This document shows, piece by piece, positions 34,195 to 47,622 of a DNA stretch of 64,000 bases. The position numbers were made by a program, and so were the translations under genes. Position 1 is the stretch's first letter; the number at the start of each line of letters is the position of its first letter. The DNA is taken from assembly GCF_009914755.1 (NCBI RefSeq), contig NC_060935.1; one strand, written 5' to 3'. The notes beneath the pieces are model-generated. The model was not told the origin of the DNA. It saw only the letters and a program-made list of their open reading frames with translations, and ran no database searches. The stretch is from the human T2T-CHM13v2.0 reference genome, Homo sapiens.

Positions 34195-35368
34195 TAAGTA
34201 TATTTTAAGTGAACAGAAGCACAAAACAGATAATTTGATTATTACTCTTTGATTAAACTGAGCCACCTAGAGGAAGACAAGTAGACTACAACAACCAAGT
34301 TATTTAATTCTAGCCAAAAGCTGAGAGGAATTATTGGATCTTTGAGGCTGAGGTAGTCTAAAACCCCAGAGTACTCAAAACTCTAAGAATCTTGCGATAG
34401 ATATATTTTCTTGGCACAGTGCAGTACTTACAATCAGTGACTTTCTAAATGACTAGGGTGAGAATATGTTGATAAAGGAAAGGTAAGATTTAGTAAAGCT
34501 TTTAGGAGGTTTTTATTTTTTAAACTTATTACATAAATACTATCTACTTGACTGGTTTTTCAATAATTAACACAAGTTTTGATAAAGAGATGTTTCTGAT
34601 ATAGAAAGGAGACATAAAAAGCATGCTAATTTCTTGATCTTATAGTTTATGACTCGTGTCACCATGTGACTGGCACATACTATCACCTGGTGGCTGTGTA
34701 TCTACATTTTTGAGTCAACTTTTGAAGGTCTAACAAAGCAAAAAGCAAAACCTCTGACAGTCGACATTATAGAAAATACATTGTTTTTTCACTAAAAGCT
34801 CAGAGCTCATGGCCTCTTTCTGCTGTAGGAGGCAGGAGGGAACACAGCACACCATGAATGGGGGATCCCAAAAGAAGAGATGATACAGAAAACCTGATTG
34901 ATATAACACAGCCATGAAGAAGAGGCTTATGAAGTCTCTGGCCTATAGCTCTGTCGTGTTCTGAGGTTGTTTTCTGAACACATTACATCTTCCCATCTCC
35001 CATCTTTCCTTGGCACATTAACCACACAAGGATCCCTCACATTTAATTGGTGGGACAAACCTTCATTGGGCTTCTACAGAACCCCTAAGCCTACTTTTTC
35101 ATCTCATGCAGCATCAGGTATAAATGTTGAGTGGCTAAAATAAGTAGAAACCAGACTGTGCCAAGCCAGTGGGACCCTCTGACTGTAAAGCTATGACTAG
35201 AGAAATCAACTGGTTCAGGAGCTCTCCGAGTTGGACTTGTTTAGCTGCTCTTGATTCTGACTCAGATTGGTTTGGGTGACTGAGAGACTGGTCTTCCTTC
35301 TTCAAGGCCTGAAATGTCTTAAGGGAGACCCCTTTTGTATTTACCTGAAGCCTAGATCAAACACTCAC

Positions 35369-35420
35369 CTCTGGCAGATCCAAGCAGATAAAGACTCATT
35401 AGCAAGAGAAACCTGTTCAT
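35369..35420 (-). CDS. ACRV1: ACRV1 (SP-10) exon 1, signal peptide
   Basis: ATG at 35420; MNRFLLLMSLYLLGSAR + G; donor GAG|gtgagt; 52 nt, phase 1. Confidence 0.98.
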
Positions 35421-35599
35421 CTGGATTTAGGAAAAGAGGGGACCCCAGTGTGGGCCACAGCTTCTTCACAGAGCTATGAAGCAAACTGCGAGCAAAAGCT
35501 TCCAGTGCTGAAGCAGAGCTTCTGGGAATTCTAGAACCTCAGAAGTAACCCATGTTTCTTCACAATGGGTTGGGCTCTGAGGTTCTTGTGTAGCCTGTT

Positions 35600-35700
35600 C
35601 AGGCAAGTTGGCCCTTAGCAACCCACTGCTTATTTCACTAGTGAAGACCAATGATTATTTTCTGTGTGCAGGGTAGTGTGTTGGGGCTATCTGCCCTATC
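35600..35700 (-). promoter_or_regulatory. ACRV1: ACRV1 proximal promoter
   Basis: Paired TG-repeat motifs (35663-35668, 35676-35681), adjacent AGAAAA and the 12-bp palindrome TTCACTAGTGAA (35634-35645); resembles the TDP-43-bound element described for the mouse SP-10 promoter (recalled). Confidence 0.65.
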
Positions 35701-35849
35701 TTTAAAAAAAAAAAAAAAAGTATTACCAAAAAGCACATATTTTTTGTAATAAAGTTTAAAAGATATCTACTGTCTTTTAAAAGTGTTTTTGACAATGAGA
35801 TGTAATTGTTGATTGTTTTCTGTTTGGCTTTCTAAATCAGCCTTTCTTG

Positions 35850-36290
35850 GCTCTGATCTGTACCCTGGAAGGTTGACCTCTGTTGACTTTATCACCTGAA
35901 TGCTGGCTGGATTTGGCTTCAGATTGGGTTTATACAGGATTGGAGGGGAGAAGAGAGAAAGAGAGAGAGGAAGAGGGAAGGGAGGAATGGGGAGAAAGAG
36001 AGCGAGACTGGAATATTTGTTCTTCCTATTCCCTTCCTGCCACAGTTGACACTGGCTGAGTCTACATGACAGAGCTTCTGTTGGGTGTCCTCTCTTCCAT
36101 GGCTCCAGCTCTCATCCATGCTATGGTAATATGTTTTTCTCCCCCTGCCCTCTTAGGCCTAGGGATGATAATGGTTTCCTGCTGTTACTAAAATCTGGAT
36201 GCCCAAACTTATCTCTTTTTTTGTTTGTTTGTTTCCTTAACCTTGCCCACTTCTGTAAATAGTCTTTTCATACAGACCTTTATCAACATG
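35850..36290. mobile_element. Old MLT1 LTR remnant just upstream of ACRV1
   Basis: tctgtaccctggaaggttgacctc..aggcctagggatgataatggtttcctgctgttacta..cttaaccttgcccac. Confidence 0.6.
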
Positions 36291-37651
36291 GTTTTAGCAG
36301 GAAACAGGTGGCAAACTCAAATGGGTAACTGAGGAGAGTTTACACAGATATGGGCAGAGTAAAGAGATCAAGAGACAGTAGAAAGCTGCGTTTTGAGCTG
36401 CAACTTGGTAGCAAGGGGGTGGCCAAGCTGAGAAGATGGATGCAGTGAGGCATCCACCTGATATAAAACTAGAACTTATGGAGGATTGAGTGGCAAAGAT
36501 CTGGTAGCTTCCATTTCTCGCTGCTTCTCTGCTCAGCTCTCTTGAACAACTTTGTTTTATATACCACTGAATGCTAAATCTAGAATAGATGTACTTATTG
36601 TTACATTTTGAAAGGAAGGTGAGGGTTAAAGAAAGAGAGAGTGGCGGCTCTACATCAAATCCAGGCTTTCTGTCTAGCATAAGACCTACAGAGGTGGGGG
36701 ACTAGCTTAATGCCAGTGCCCACTGCTTCGTACAGGTTGGGGTACTTGTAGGTATGAGCAGGACGGGTCTGGGCAGTATGGCTTGCTGCCTGGGAAGATG
36801 TTCCCATAATGAGGCATTTTGGCCCTTGTTCCCGCAGAATGTGATGCTGATGTTCCTTGGACTTTTTCCCAGCAGAGTGTGATAAAGTCAGGGAGGCAGT
36901 TGGACAGGCTGTTTCTAAGGGCCCAAACCCCCGTGGAATGCTTCACTTTAGCCAAGGTCTGCAAAATGGCGGGGGTCGGTGGGGGTTACGAAATGGTGCA
37001 GTTTGGACTAACACTTTATCACTGTTATAATTATTTGTTTCATGTTTGTACTCCCCGTTGGACTCTAAGCTTGAATGCAGAGACCCTGTCTTGACTATTG
37101 TTGTAGTCCCAGTACCTAGCAGCATGCCTAAGCTTTTCCTGAAGGAAGGAAGGAATGAGTTACCTTTTGGGGCCTCTCTCTGCCTCATAGAGGAGAATTT
37201 ATAGAGAATCATGTAAGAGAATCTATAGAAGAGAATCTGGATTAAGGTTCTGGGTTAGTTGAAGACAGCAAGATCACCAGGGATCAAAAGTTACTTGACT
37301 TGAGTTAGAGGATAAAGCTAGGATTTCTCAGCCTCAGGCAGGTTCCTTTACAGTAGAGAAAGGTATGAAAGAGCATGCTATCAATAATTCTTTTCCTCCA
37401 GGATGAGTTTGGAAGAACAGCTATGAGCCTTGGGTCTGACTTTTGTTGATAGAAGCAGTGGAAATTAGTAGAAGGGAAGAGGTGCTATCTATTCCACCCT
37501 AACTTAGAACATAGAAAGACAGACAGTGGGCTCTGGAGAGCTGATGCTTTCAGCTGAAAACAATTGTTTTTAAAAATTCCCTATGTAAATTTGCTTCAAA
37601 ATAACCTAAATGAGGGATTGTAGCAATGAACGGGGAAAGAAGATAAAATAA

Positions 37652-37951
37652 GACTGGACACAGTGGCTTGTGCCTGTGATCCTAGCACTTTGGAAGGCTG
37701 AGGCGAGCAGATCACCTGAGGTCAGGAGTTCAAGACCAGCCTGGCCAACATGGTGAAACCCCATCTCTACTAAAAATACAAAAAAATTAGTCGGGCATGG
37801 TGGCGGGCACCTGCAATTCCAGCTACTTGGGAGGCGAAGGCAGGAGAATCGCTTGAACCTGGGAGGTGGAGGTTTCAGTGAGCTGAGACTGTGCCATTGC
37901 ATTCCAGCCTGGGCAACAAGAAAGAAACTCTGTCTCAAAAAAAAAAAAAAA
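37652..37951 (+). mobile_element. AluSq-like
   Basis: Sense dimer, TSD aagaagataaaataa. Confidence 0.95.
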
Positions 37952-38221
37952 GAAGATAAAATAAGATTGGTCCTGTGTGCATGATTGTTGAAGCTGTGTG
38001 ATGGGTACATGCGGGTACTCTCTACTTTTGTATATGTTTGAAACTTTCTATACTGAAAATCTTCAGGGTGGAGGGCAGAAATACCTATTTGGAAAGCCTA
38101 GATAATCAATGCCTTATTTAAAATAGCTTCAGGGGATGATGGAGAAGTCTTTTTAATATGTGTGTGCATTAAGACCTAGATAGGAGCTTAACTGCTCCCT
38201 ATTATACAACTATCCTACACC

Positions 38222-38397
38222 CAGGGCTGGCTTCCTGAGCAGGCGCATGGGCCCACACTCAAAAGGGCCCTGGTTTCTTGCTTTGCTTTCAATCTCTGGA
38301 AATTCTTCGTCACTTTCTAACAAAGGCGCCTCATTTTTGCGTTGCACTGGGTCCCACAAGTGCTGTCTCCAGTCCTGCCTAGATCTCATTTTCCAGT
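38222..38397. mobile_element. MER91-like hAT element
   Basis: cagggctggcttc..ttgcactgggtcccacaa..cagtcctg termini. Confidence 0.6.
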
Positions 38398-38599
38398 CCC
38401 CTTAGGTATATCACCGTCTGGTATTGGAAAGCTTTGGCCTCTGAAACCAGGTTGAGGAAGCTTTCTTTTAGGAAGAGCTGGGGCACACCTAAGTCCAGGC
38501 TGCTGGCTTCAAGCAGACATTCCTCCCCTTCTTGCACTCTTCCCTACTTGATAAATATGTTCCCATATAAGTTTGTTGTGCTCTGATTTTTAGTAGAAG

Positions 38600-39140
38600 C
38601 CTTCTCAGAAACATCCCTTCCAACCTCTCCCTCTACTCCTTAGATTTCCTCAGGTTTGATGCTTTGCTAGAAGGACTTACAGAACTCAGGAAAGTGCTTT
38701 ACTTATATTTACCAGATTATTCTAGAGGACACAGCACAGTAACAGCCACATGGAAGAAATACATAGGAAAGGTATGTGGCGGCAGGTGGGGCGGGGAGGT
38801 GGTTGGGTGCAGAGCTTCCGTGGCCTCTGTGGGTGGGCCATTCTCCCAGCACATCAGTGTGTTCATCAACCCAGATGGTCTCTGAATCCTGTTTAGAGGG
38901 TTTTATGGAGGCTTCATTACATAGGCAAAATTGATTAAATCATTGGCCATTTGTGGAGCTGAACTTCTCAACCCTTGAATCATGGGATTGGTTTCTCTGA
39001 TGACCAACCCGTACCCTGAAGCTACCTAGGCCCACTTCATGAATCATCTCATTAGCATAAAAAGACAGTTCCAAGGGTATTAGGATCCCTGTGCCAGGAA
39101 CCAGGAGCAAGGACCAAATAGATATTTTTATGATGTCACA
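38600..39140. mobile_element. MER21-like LTR fragment
   Basis: tttgctagaaggacttacagaactcaggaaa..catctcattagcataaaaagac. Confidence 0.75.
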
Positions 39141-39542
39141 AAGAAATTCCCAGGATTGCCATGAAGGAAGGCCTCAGCATGATTGCTGTGCAGCTGGGGT
39201 GGAGACAACCCTCCCAGATAAGGGCAGGAGAATGAATGGCCCAAAGTGGAAGTCTCCAGAGAAATAATAATATATTATCTGATAGCTCCGATGACAGCCA
39301 TGTACAAATGTGTACTGAGAAGCTCTTGGAAGGTGGGGAAGCTTAGCCAGAAGCATAAAATTAATTGAGCAAATGATAATGTAATTATTATTTGTAGGAA
39401 AAAGAATATAAAATCATGTAATAAAAAATGTCATCCTAGTACTCATTTTATTTCACTTGTGAATACTATTTAAATATCTACCAGTCAGGGCCCACTTGCA
39501 GGACACAGGAGCTTGTCTGGTGAGTTACCTTCAGCAGAAAGG

Positions 39543-39581
39543 TATTAGGTTGGTGCAAAAGTAATTGCAGTTTTTGCCATT
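39543..39581. mobile_element. MADE1 (Hsmar1 MITE) half
   Basis: ttaggttggtgcaaaagtaattgcagtttttgccatt terminal inverted repeat. Confidence 0.85.
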
Positions 39582-39934
39582 CTTTTTTCTTTTTTTTTTT
39601 AATGGCTGCCACCTCTATCACAATCAGGAAAGTCACTGTAGAGTGTCAGGCAGCTTCCACAGGAACTGTTGGCTTCAGGAGGGCACCACTGTGTGAGCCA
39701 GGAATCAGGAGTGGGCTGCCACTAGGACTTGTAGCTGTATATGCACTCCACGCATGCTAGACGGGCATTGGCAAGACATGGTGTCTTGTTCCTCTTCTCT
39801 CACTATCATAAAGCTGGTACCTGGATGTAGAATGCTGCTTCTGCAAAAACAACCAACAAAATAAAACACAAAACACCTCACAAAATTCCAACATATTCTC
39901 AAACATCGGAAAACTATAGACATAGCAGAAAGAT

Positions 39935-40510
39935 TGTAATACCTAACCTTGTTTTAAGACTCTCCCTTAGCTACCTAACCTTGTTTCAATATGAATAGGC
40001 TCTCCCTTAGTTGAGAAAACCGGACGAACACCATTTGGCTCCTTCATTTACAAGACATCAAGGACTCCTCACCCATCCCCTTCCTCAAGGAGTTAACTTG
40101 TGTAAGCAGATCGAAGAGTCCAATTAACTGATAAGGTACTGTGGCAAGCAATGTCCATAGTTCCCAGGAATTCGCTCAAGAGATAGCACCATAAAGCCTC
40201 GGCGTTTGTGTCCAGCAGAGCCCCCGTACCTATCGCCTTGTGATAAATTTAAAGCCCCTGCTCCTGGAACTGTTTGTTTTCTTGTAACCATTCGTTTTTT
40301 TTTAACTTTTTGCATGTTTTAACTTCTGTAGAATTGCTACAATTAAGCACCCCCTCCCATCTCTAAACCAAAGTATAAAAGAAAATCAAGCCCCTTCTTC
40401 AGGGCCGATTGAATTTCGAGCGTTAGCCGCCTCTCGGGCGCTGGCTGATAAACGACTCCTGAATTCGGCTCAAAGTGTGGCGTTTCTCTCTAACTCGCTC
40501 AGGTACAACA
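39935..40510 (+). mobile_element. ERV1 solo LTR (LTR10-like)
   Basis: TG...CA termini, TSD AGAT (39931-39934 / 40511-40514), TATAAAA at ~40375. Confidence 0.8.
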
Positions 40511-40713
40511 AGATGACCCTCATTTCTGCATTCTTAATTAGTGAAATTTTAATCACACTGGCAAATGTAGTTCTTGGCTTTCCAGAAAGAAGAGCTATTA
40601 GAAGAGATTGGGGAAGATGTTGAGGGCTAATGCACCAAGGCCAGAACAACATAGCCCCCATCTCAAGGCCTTCACATTTACTGCTCCTTCTGCCTGGAGT
40701 CCTTTTCCTTCAG

Positions 40714-41139
40714 TGGCAAAAACTCTCCTTGATCTAACTTGAATCAGGCTCTCTTGAGTCCTCTGCCCCACTAGGCCCAATCTTTGGCTTGCCTTTCTCT
40801 CTGTTTGTAAAATCCACTTTGAGCAGGAATCCTGCTAAGTCAGTGCAGTGAAAATCCCTGCCCTTGATATCTGATCACCTGAATATCTATCACCCTGGCT
40901 TGCCTTCAGCAAGAATCTATTGAGTCTAGCAAGAATCTTAGAAGTTTCCACATGGTAATGTCCCATCCACCGACCCCTACCCTGCTCCTTGACTGTAACA
41001 CCCTTTCCTTGTGTTCAGACTACAGCCCAGTCTCTCCCCACTGCAAGAGCGCACTGCATTGGTCCCTATGCCTACAGTGGTAGTTCCCCCTGAAACAAGT
41101 CATTGTCTTTAGCAAGCGTCCTGAATACTTGTTTTAACA
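40714..41139 (+). mobile_element. MER31-like ERV1 solo LTR within an L2 remnant
   Basis: actctccttgatctaacttgaatcaggctc..cttgatatctgatcacc; TG...CA ends. Confidence 0.7.
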
Positions 41140-41527
41140 CCAGATACCAGCATGTCTTCCTCCCTCAGTCTCCTTAATTCGGTTCTCTGCTGAAATATCA
41201 CTTCTCAGAGAAACCCTTTTAAAAAAGCACTCCCTGCCACTGTCTATTGTCTTAGCCTCCTTCAGTTTTCTTCATTGTTTTTATCATTACCTGGCAATAT
41301 TTTATGTATCATTTTGATTTTTTATCTGTATGAGTGTCCTCTGTGTGTACACTACTCTGTCCCCAGAGTCTGGCATATCTTAGACACGAAATAGATGTCT
41401 GAAAGGACGACTAAGCGTTGACTTATCCTGCACTGTGAATCAACTCTATTGAGAGCATGGAGGGAGGGGCGGGGGGATGTATAAAGGAGGGAAGTTCTCA
41501 TCTATCATCATAAGAAAGTCCATCGAT

Positions 41528-41875
<348 letters not shown>

Positions 41876-41926
41876 TTATTTCACGGAGGTAAATCCCAGA
41901 AGAATGGGCTGATTATGGCTGGGGAC

Positions 41927-42438
41927 TGTTGGGAATAGGCCCCCAAAATCTGACCATAAACTGGCCCCAAAAATGGCCATAAACAAAATCTCTGCAGCAC
42001 TGACATGTTCATGATGGCCATGACACCCACACTGGAAGGTTGTGGGTTTACCAGAATGAGGGTAAGGAACACCTGGCCCACCCAGGGCGGAAAACCGCTT
42101 AAAGGCGTTCTTAAACCACAAACAACAGCATGAGCGGTCTGTGCCTTAAGGACATGCTCCTGCTGCAGCTAACTAGCCAGACCCATCCCTTTATTTTGGC
42201 CCATCCGTTTGTTTCCCATAAGGAATACTTTTAGTTAATCTAAAATCTATAGAAACAATGCTTATCACTGGCTTGCTGTCAATAAATACGTAGGTAAATC
42301 TCTGTTCGAGGCTCTCAGCTCTGAAGGCTGTGAGACCCCTGACTTCCCACTCCACACCTCTGTATTTCTGTGTGTGTGTGTCTTTAATTCCTCTAGCTCC
42401 ACTGGGTTAGGGTCTCCCCAACCGAGCTGGTGTCGGCA
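41927..42438 (+). mobile_element. MER9 (HERV-K9/HML-3) solo LTR
   Basis: tgttgggaa..ccataaactggcccc..gagctggtgtcggca; 6-bp TSD gggga(c/g); AATAAA at ~42281. Confidence 0.88.
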
Positions 42439-44078
42439 GGGGAGGGTGATATAAACTGATTATTTCATAGAGGTAAATCCCAGAAGAAAGAGCTGATTGT
42501 GGTTGGGGAGGGTGGGTGTGGGTGTTGGGTGGAGTGGATGGGAGATTGGGGGAGGATGGCCAAGCTTCTCAATAAGCAGCAGTCCATACATGTGTGCTGT
42601 TACTTAACCACCTGAAATTCGGAGAAATCTGGACAAGCTTCAGAGAGGAGCTCCCATTCCATTAGCCTCTCGCAGTTTATATAGCAGAAATCCCTTCCTG
42701 ACCTCCGCAGGCCCAGACCACTGGTCCATTCTGCATGAACTATCCCTTCCTGGAGGCTGGTGAAGCCTACACGGGCACCAGAAGGCCTCTCAAGTTTGTG
42801 CTGACTTGGAGCCAGAGCCACCAGAGAGGGAGGAGGAAAACAGAAAGAGCAACCGTTTTGTCTCGCGCGCATCCCTCTGTGTGTTCCAGCACTGCCCCCG
42901 CTGATGCGGCTGCACTGGCACGGCGCCACCCAGGAAAGGCCACCATGCAGACTTGAATTGGAACCTGCTCTGAATGTTTCTGGCTATGTGACCTTGGAAA
43001 GAGAATCACCCTCTCTGAGCCTCCGTGGCCTCATGCGTAGAATTGAGATAATACCATTTCCATGTTTCACACTTCTGAGGATGAAATGAGGCCATGTAGG
43101 TGAACACACTCAGCACAGTGCCTGGCATGAGGGAGGCATTCACAGAGTAGCCACTGAGTATGATTTTCCTTCCCTTGAGGGTTTCAGTTTTGCTGATATT
43201 ATAATAACTGTTTAATTTGCTCCTTGTTCACATGGCACTTTAGAGTTTACCCTGTATATCAGTGATACTGCCAAGCATATATTGTCTCTATTTTACAGAG
43301 GAGATTCTGAGAAACTACATAGGATGTAATCCATTTATCTTGACTTGACATCCCATCATGCTCAGGAGTGCATGATTCTCCATGACTGGTAATAATGTGT
43401 GTTGAACACATTCCAGGGCCACAGCTCCAGGGAGAATGACCAGGGCAGTGGCTGGGAGGGAGGAGGAGTCTATGAACTCTGAGAACCTCTCCTCACAGGC
43501 CTGAGGCCAGCTCCTCACTGTGAGCCTCCTCCCACCGCTCCCCACCCTAACCTGAGCACACACCTGGCCCTCACAACCTCAGAGCTCAGGGCACAGGAGC
43601 GAGTGCCATCTTCCCAGACCATGCGGGGGCCTCCACTGCTAAAACCCTGTTCAGGCAGCAACTTCTGCCAGAGACAGTGCTGTGCGAAAAGTGATAATTT
43701 CTTCATCTTCAGCTTAACATTTTATCCCCTTTTAACAAGCAAAGAAAGGATTAGAGAGATTCAATATCCTCTCCAGGACCATACAGTGAATAAGTGGTAG
43801 GTCTGAGATTGAAATACACAGACAGCTGACTTCAGAGCCTAAGGGATATTCTTGTTTAGATTTCTTTTTCAATTATGCCTTGTGGTCTCCTTGGGACAGA
43901 AAAACATTGTAAAAGGAAGAAAAGGGAATACCTATTTACAGATAATGTTCATAGTAAGGCAGAATAGGATTCAGCATTATAAGGGAGGTTAAAATGGAAA
44001 CAGGAAATATTGGAGGCAAAGGTAGGAGAAAAGGGTATCGAATATTTTATGTAAAATTGCCATTGGGATGGGACTACA

Positions 44079-44200
44079 GCAGTGGCTCTCCTCTGGGAGT
44101 GAATTCCCCTCCAGGGCACATTTGGCAATGTCTGGAGAGATCATCAGTTGCACAAGTTGGGGATGAGCTGCCGTTGGAGTGTAATCCTGGAGGACTGGGT
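44079..44200. mobile_element. MER20 fragment
   Basis: cagtggctctc..acatttggcaatgtctggaga. Confidence 0.7.
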
Positions 44201-46313
44201 ATAAGGTGAGGCCCATTTGGGGAGACTCTTGAATGCCACACCAAGGAGTTGCTGTTTCATCAGGTGGACCAGGAAAGTATTTTGAGCAGGAGAGTAAAAT
44301 GATTGTAACTGTACTCTAGGAGGCCATACCCAGGCAGGCATGAGCGCTGCACTGCAGCTGAGAGAGTGAAGAAGTGGTGATTACATCCAAGAACACAAAG
44401 GCCAAAAAATGGACGAGGCCGAATTCCATGGAAGAAGCTGCAGAGACATCAGGAGGAGCCAGAGGTGACGTTCTGAAAGGTTTCACTGCCAGTGCCTGTG
44501 CCACAGGATTGCCCTGAGAGACAGAAGCGTGCAGAGGCAGAAGGGACACATCAGGAGGCTGCACACCACCAAGCTCAGCTCTCTGCATATGTGGAAGCTG
44601 CACTGCCACCCACCCTGCCCTCCACATCTGGCAAATATGTGCAGACAAACATTGCTAGGGAAAAATGTAGTGGGGGTTTTTGCTTGCTCCCCAATGCTTT
44701 CCAAGACAGCAGCTTCACCAAGTCATTGTGGATTCAATGTGTGATCAAATAAATTCTGTGATTCCTCCCATGGGAACCCAGTCAGGGACACCATGATAAG
44801 GATCCTGCCAGTGGCCAGGTCTGTACACTAGCTGTGCAGAAGTGGCATGCTTGCGAGTGCACCTCAGGGAGTCACTGTCAGCTACCAGTGTCCTGACTCA
44901 GCCAAAGGCAAATGCAGAGGCTGCGTGTGCTCCAGCCACAGGTTGCAGTTCTTCACTCTTATCCTTACATCTACTAAAAATCAGAGCACAAAGAAACTTA
45001 TCTAGGAAAAACTTATTGAGGAACATATTCATCAAATAGGGAAGAGTGCAAGAAGAGGAAGAACTGTCTGCTTGGAGCCAGCAGCCTGGACTTAGGGGTG
45101 CCCTAGCTCTTCCTAAAAGGAAACTGCCTCAACCTGGTTTCAGAGGCCAAAGTTTTCCAACATCAGATGGTGATGCTCCTAAGGAGACTGGAAAATGAGA
45201 TCTAGGCAGGACTGGAGACAGTACTTGTGGGACCCAGTGCAGAGCAAAAACGAGGTGACCCTTAGAACAAGGGGTGGTGTTTAGAAGGAAAACCGAAAGG
45301 AATAGTAGCCAGAATTCAAGAGCGTCAGATATTCTAAGAGGCAGTGAGGGGTTAACATAGTCCAAGGACTTTCAGGGGTCCGATCACACAAGGATGACCT
45401 TGGCCATCATTGACGACCTTGGTCAGAGCAAGTTCAGGTGAGAAGCAGAGGCAGAAGGCAGATGAGAGTGAATGAAAGAGTGAACAGAAAGGGAGTGGAG
45501 ATGGCGAGTGTGGCCAGCTCTGTAAAGCAGCTTTAGGAGGAGAATGAGATGATGGTGCGGCAGCCATAGAGAGGGTAGAAGCAAGGACAGCTTTTTAAAG
45601 AAACAAACAAACAAACAAAAAACCCCAATGATTTTGGCATGTTTTTAGGCAAGGATAAATTTCTCTCTTATGTTTTTCTTTCCTCAAATTAATACAGAAT
45701 GTCTACGTTATGGATTTGGGAATCTCTACTTTTATTCATCTTTTTATCACTCTTTGCACCTTTATTTTTTCCTTCAGCTTCCCTCTCTTCATCTGTTTAT
45801 CATGTTTCATATTTCTCTTTTCTTTTTCATTCTTTCCCCTCTCTCTTCTTCCTCTTCACTCTCTCTCTTTTAAAACAGGAGTTAATGTCAAAATAAAGGA
45901 TATTTTTATTATTTATATTATTATTAAATCCATTTTTTAAATTCCCATTTTAATTGTATATGCCTATAATTAGCTTATAACATTTTCTTTCTGATAAAAG
46001 TTTCAACAAGCATGTCTTTAATGCTCAGATTATTACATATGTTTTAATGGACTTTTAAAACATGAGAATGAGAAAGGAGAGAAATGTAAAGCAGATGAGT
46101 CTGTCTAGGTCAGGATCTGGTTAATTCTCCCTGTACCTACACAAAAGCACCAACCCAAACAGAAACAATAACCAAACTCAAATTCTTCAGCCTAAATGAG
46201 GAAATTCAGTCTGGTCCTAATCAAGAGAGACAGGGAAAGACCAAAAATGATAAAGGCAGGACCAATGAGTGGAATTTGTATTGTTTTAAAATGACTTTTA
46301 TAATTTCTCCAAC

Positions 46314-46567
46314 TCCAGTTGAACAATGAGAACACTTGGACACAGGGAGGGGACCATCACACACCGGGGCCTGCCAGAGGGTGGGGGCAAGGGTAGGGAG
46401 GGCATCAGGACAAATACCTAATGCATGCAGGATTTAAAACCTAGACAATGCATTGACAGGTGCATTAAACCACCATGGCACATGTATACCTATGTAACAA
46501 ACCTGCACATTCTGCACTTGTATCCCAGAATTTAACTAAAATAAAAAAATAAAAAATGATAAAAAAT
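46314..46567 (+). mobile_element. 5'-truncated L1PA 3' end
   Basis: gaacaatgagaacacttggacacaggg..A tail; TSD ataatttc(t/c)ccaact. Confidence 0.9.
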
Positions 46568-46925
46568 ATAATTTCCCCAACTTCTCTGTTGAGCAAATTA
46601 AGACTTGGTCACTGTAGTGGATACATATCTTTACATATTTGTTGAAACTCAGAAAGCACAGCACCAACAGTGAACCTTAATGTAAACTCTGGTGATAAGG
46701 ATGTGTCAATATAGGTTCATCAGCTGTAACAAACAGACCTCTCTGGTGCAGGATGTTAATATTGGGGGAGGCTGTGCATGTGTGGGGGCAAAGGATATAT
46801 GGGAACTCTCTGTATTTTCTGCCCAATTTTTCAGGGAACCTAAAACTGCTCTAAAAAATAAAACCACGTTTGTCACTGTAGACAATTTTAAAAATACATA
46901 ACATTATGTATAAAAAGTTAACATA

Positions 46926-47221
<296 letters not shown>

Positions 47222-47622
47222 GTTAACATAACCAATAGCCTGTTAACTAGATAATAGGTTAACCTAATAACCTACTAACGAATATAAATATTTTGGTTTC
47301 CACACTTCCAGGCTAATTATCATGTACATAAGTGTATAACCATCTCCATCTGCCTGGGAAAGAGGGTTTTCTGGGATGTAGGACCTTCAGCGCCAAAGCC
47401 AGGAAAGTCCCAGAGACAACCGAGATGAGTTGGTCATCCTATTATAGTTTTATGTTGTATTCTATTTTCTAAAAAGATAATGAAAATGTAGTATTTGGCT
47501 TTTGAATGGCAATTTTTTCTTGGACCATCAGGTACCAAGGTGTTGCTGGGATCACAAATGAGCCAGCCAAGCTCCTTGACTGCTGACCACCACTCACAGA
47601 CCACCACCCACCCAGGACTCAT

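Noticed and set aside
42661-42830. Minus-strand pyrimidine tract followed by GG..QT*EAFWCP and ..RDFCY, vaguely like ACRV1 exon 4
   Set aside because: No AG at the expected acceptor, no CC..CN motif, and the pieces are in different frames; indistinguishable from chance by eye.
44316-44430. Hydrophobic MEFGLVHFLAFVFL stretch resembling a signal peptide
   Set aside because: No phase-1 donor, and adjacent sequence looks like an L2 remnant.
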